A program made the translations under genes and the position numbers. Under the pieces are notes generated by a model, which was not told the DNA's origin, ran no database searches, and saw only the letters and a list, made by a program, of their open reading frames with translations. A stretch of 48,185 nt of DNA, from NCBI GenBank assembly GCA_946624335.1, contig CAMOSA010000001.1:1-48185 (forward strand), in the 5' to 3' direction. Source of the DNA: an uncultured Prevotellaceae bacterium. GTDB lineage: Bacteria > Bacteroidota > Bacteroidia > Bacteroidales > Bacteroidaceae. Below are positions 46,682 to 48,185 of this stretch, in pieces. Within the stretch, counting starts at the first letter, position 1, and each line of letters begins with the position of its first letter.

Positions 46682-46746
46682 TCGCCAGTGACCCCTTCAC
46701 ATTGAGATTTAGTTAGTTAGTTTATAAGGTAAATGATTTTTTCGTC

Positions 46747-46779
46747 GAGCGATTGTCCGTGAGGATAGTCGCTCTTTTT
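46747..46779 (+). terminator. Hairpin plus T-run downstream of the 39-aa ORF
   Basis: GAGCGA...TCGCTC stem followed by TTTTT. Confidence 0.55.
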
Positions 46780-46932
46780 CGTCGTGAACGGTCGTGCTCG
46801 GCGAACGGGCTTACAGCCCTTTCACGACAATACCATGAAAGACGCAGCCAGAACGAAATATCCGCAACGTATTAGCCTCCGCGGCCTACGGAGAATGATG
46901 CGAAAATCAAGCCTTTGTCACCCCAGCGATGC

Positions 46933-48036
46933 TTAATGCCCTATGAACTGGTCGATGAAGATGAGGGTGATGGCGATGGGGGCAACCCAGCGGATGAGCA
47001 GGAAGAAGGCGTGGAAGAGGAGGGGAGGGAAGCGGAGGGTGTGGTGGTTGGTGAGCTCGTCGATGACGAGGCTCCGTGGCAGGCGCCAGCCGACGAAGAT
47101 GCTCAGGACGATGCCGCTCAGGGGCATGATCCACAGGGCGGTAACATCGTTGAAGGCGTCGAAGAAGCCGCGGCCGAAGAAGGGGCGTACGTCGCTCAGC
47201 GGGCCGAAGGAGAGCGAGCAGAGGGTGCCGAGGACGATGCACACGGTGGTCATGCAGGCGGCGGCGCGGCGGCGGCCGAGGCCGTAGTGGTCGACGAAGA
47301 AAGCCGTCACCTCCTCGTGCATGGAGATGGTGCTGGTCAGCGCCGCCAGGACGAGTAGGCCGTAGAACATCAGCGAGAAGATGTAGCCAAGGGCGGGGAC
47401 GTGGCCGAAGAGGTTGCTGAAAATGTTGGGCAGGGTGACGAAGACCAACCCGGGACCGGCATCGGGCGTCACGCCGACGGAGAAGACGGCGGGGAAGATG
47501 ATGAAGCCGCTGAGGATGGCCACGAGGGTGTCGATGCCGACGACGTCGGCCGACGTGCGCAGCAGGTTGACATCGTGCTTGAAGTAGCTGGCGTAGGTGG
47601 CGAGACAGCCGATGGCGATACTGAGCGAGAAGAAGGCTTGGCCGAGGGCGGAGAGGACGACGCCGGAGTCGATCTTCGAGAAGTCTGGACGGAGCAGGAA
47701 GGCGATGCCGTCGGCGGCGCCGGGCATGGTCATGGCGCCGACGGCCAGCATCACCATGAGCAGAAGCAGCAGGGGCATGAGCACCTTGGAGACGCGCTCG
47801 ATGCCGTTCTGGACGCCGCGCTCGATGATGAGGTGCGTGACCACGAGGAAGGCAATAGTGCAGGCCAGGGGCGCCCACGTGGAGGTGGAGAAGGCAGTGA
47901 AGTAGGCGGCGTCGTCCGTCACGCCTGACATCTGGCCGCTGAGGGCCGCGATGGCGTACTTCAGCGTCCAGCCAGCCACGACGCTGTAGTAGGCGAGGAT
48001 GAGCGTCACGCAGATCATGCCGGCATAGCCGGTCAT
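46933..48036 (-). pseudogene. Neurotransmitter:sodium symporter (SNF/NSS) family transporter lacking TM1-TM2
   Basis: It has the TM3-like AYYSVVAGW and the TM6 signature GQAFFSLSIAIGCLATYASY. The GLGN(I/F)WRFP TM1 region is missing. The first in-frame ATG is at 48036, directly downstream of repeat DNA. Confidence 0.6.
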
Positions 48037-48185
48037 GGTGAAAACGTCTGTAAATGATGAATGACGAATGATAAATGACGAATGAGGGTTACTTTCAGGA
48101 TTGGAAGGTATTTCTGATTCTTCATTCTCCAAGCATGGAGCGTCCCTGCGGGCCGAGCGCCGAGCGCCGCGAGATTCTTCATTTT
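48037..48185. repeat. Dispersed repeat copy C, reaching the window edge
   Basis: AATGATGAATGACGAATGATAAATGACGAATGAGGGTTAC is related to 16541-16590. On the minus strand it reads ...GTAACCCTCATTCGTCATTTATCATTCGTCATTCATCATT directly before the ATG. Confidence 0.55.

Noticed and set aside
46907-47878. 323-aa Arg/Pro/His-rich ORF overlapping the transporter gene on the same strand in another frame.
   Set aside because: Its extreme R/P/H composition has no domain-like features, whereas the alternative frame gives a coherent polytopic NSS-type membrane protein.

Overview
The window looks like a chromosomal segment from a high-GC member of the Bacteroidota, probably Prevotellaceae-like. That assignment is an inference from four things: gldH, the DUF3098-uppP-truB-queA synteny, repeated TAnnTTTG promoter -7 boxes, and near-absence of Shine-Dalgarno sites.

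About two thirds is tightly packed housekeeping. It starts with a partial tRNA-Asn, then a DEAD-box helicase, miaB, ftsX, uppP, truB, queA, folK, ychF, lgt, rpoN, an S41 protease, an NfeD/flotillin pair, holB, a PSP1-family protein, gldH, ruvB and sufS. The many long antisense ORFs in the track are GC-driven artefacts.

No canonical defence system, CRISPR array, integrase or transposase is visible. The parts worth a second look are:
1. A co-directional minus-strand envelope operon at 34.6-41.9 kb. It encodes two beta-barrels, an imelysin, a DUF1111 di-haem protein, a mono-haem lipoprotein and a cytoplasmic RidA/FkbO-like enzyme, with no TonB-dependent receptor or inner-membrane permease. Next to it sits a RIC/hemerythrin-like::LuxR regulator.
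2. A visibly AT-richer ~3.3 kb segment at 26.2-29.5 kb. It carries a 964-aa secreted protein and is bracketed by ~75-nt imperfect direct repeats that each contain the 3' end of a small gene.
3. An ~800-bp repeat-dense non-coding region at 29.55-30.34 kb, bounded by a perfect 23-nt inverted repeat with outward-facing promoter boxes.
4. A 59-nt x5 tandem array enclosed by a 32-nt inverted repeat, lying between convergent genes at 32.77-33.19 kb.
5. An exact 8-nt x7 GTTAAY array spanning the PSP1 stop codon and the gldH start codon.
6. A self-contained promoter, SD-like site, 39-aa ORF and terminator unit at 46.36-46.78 kb.
7. A sodium:solute symporter gene that lacks TM1-2 and abuts a dispersed repeat at the window edge.

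All functional calls come from motif recognition by eye. No searches were run.
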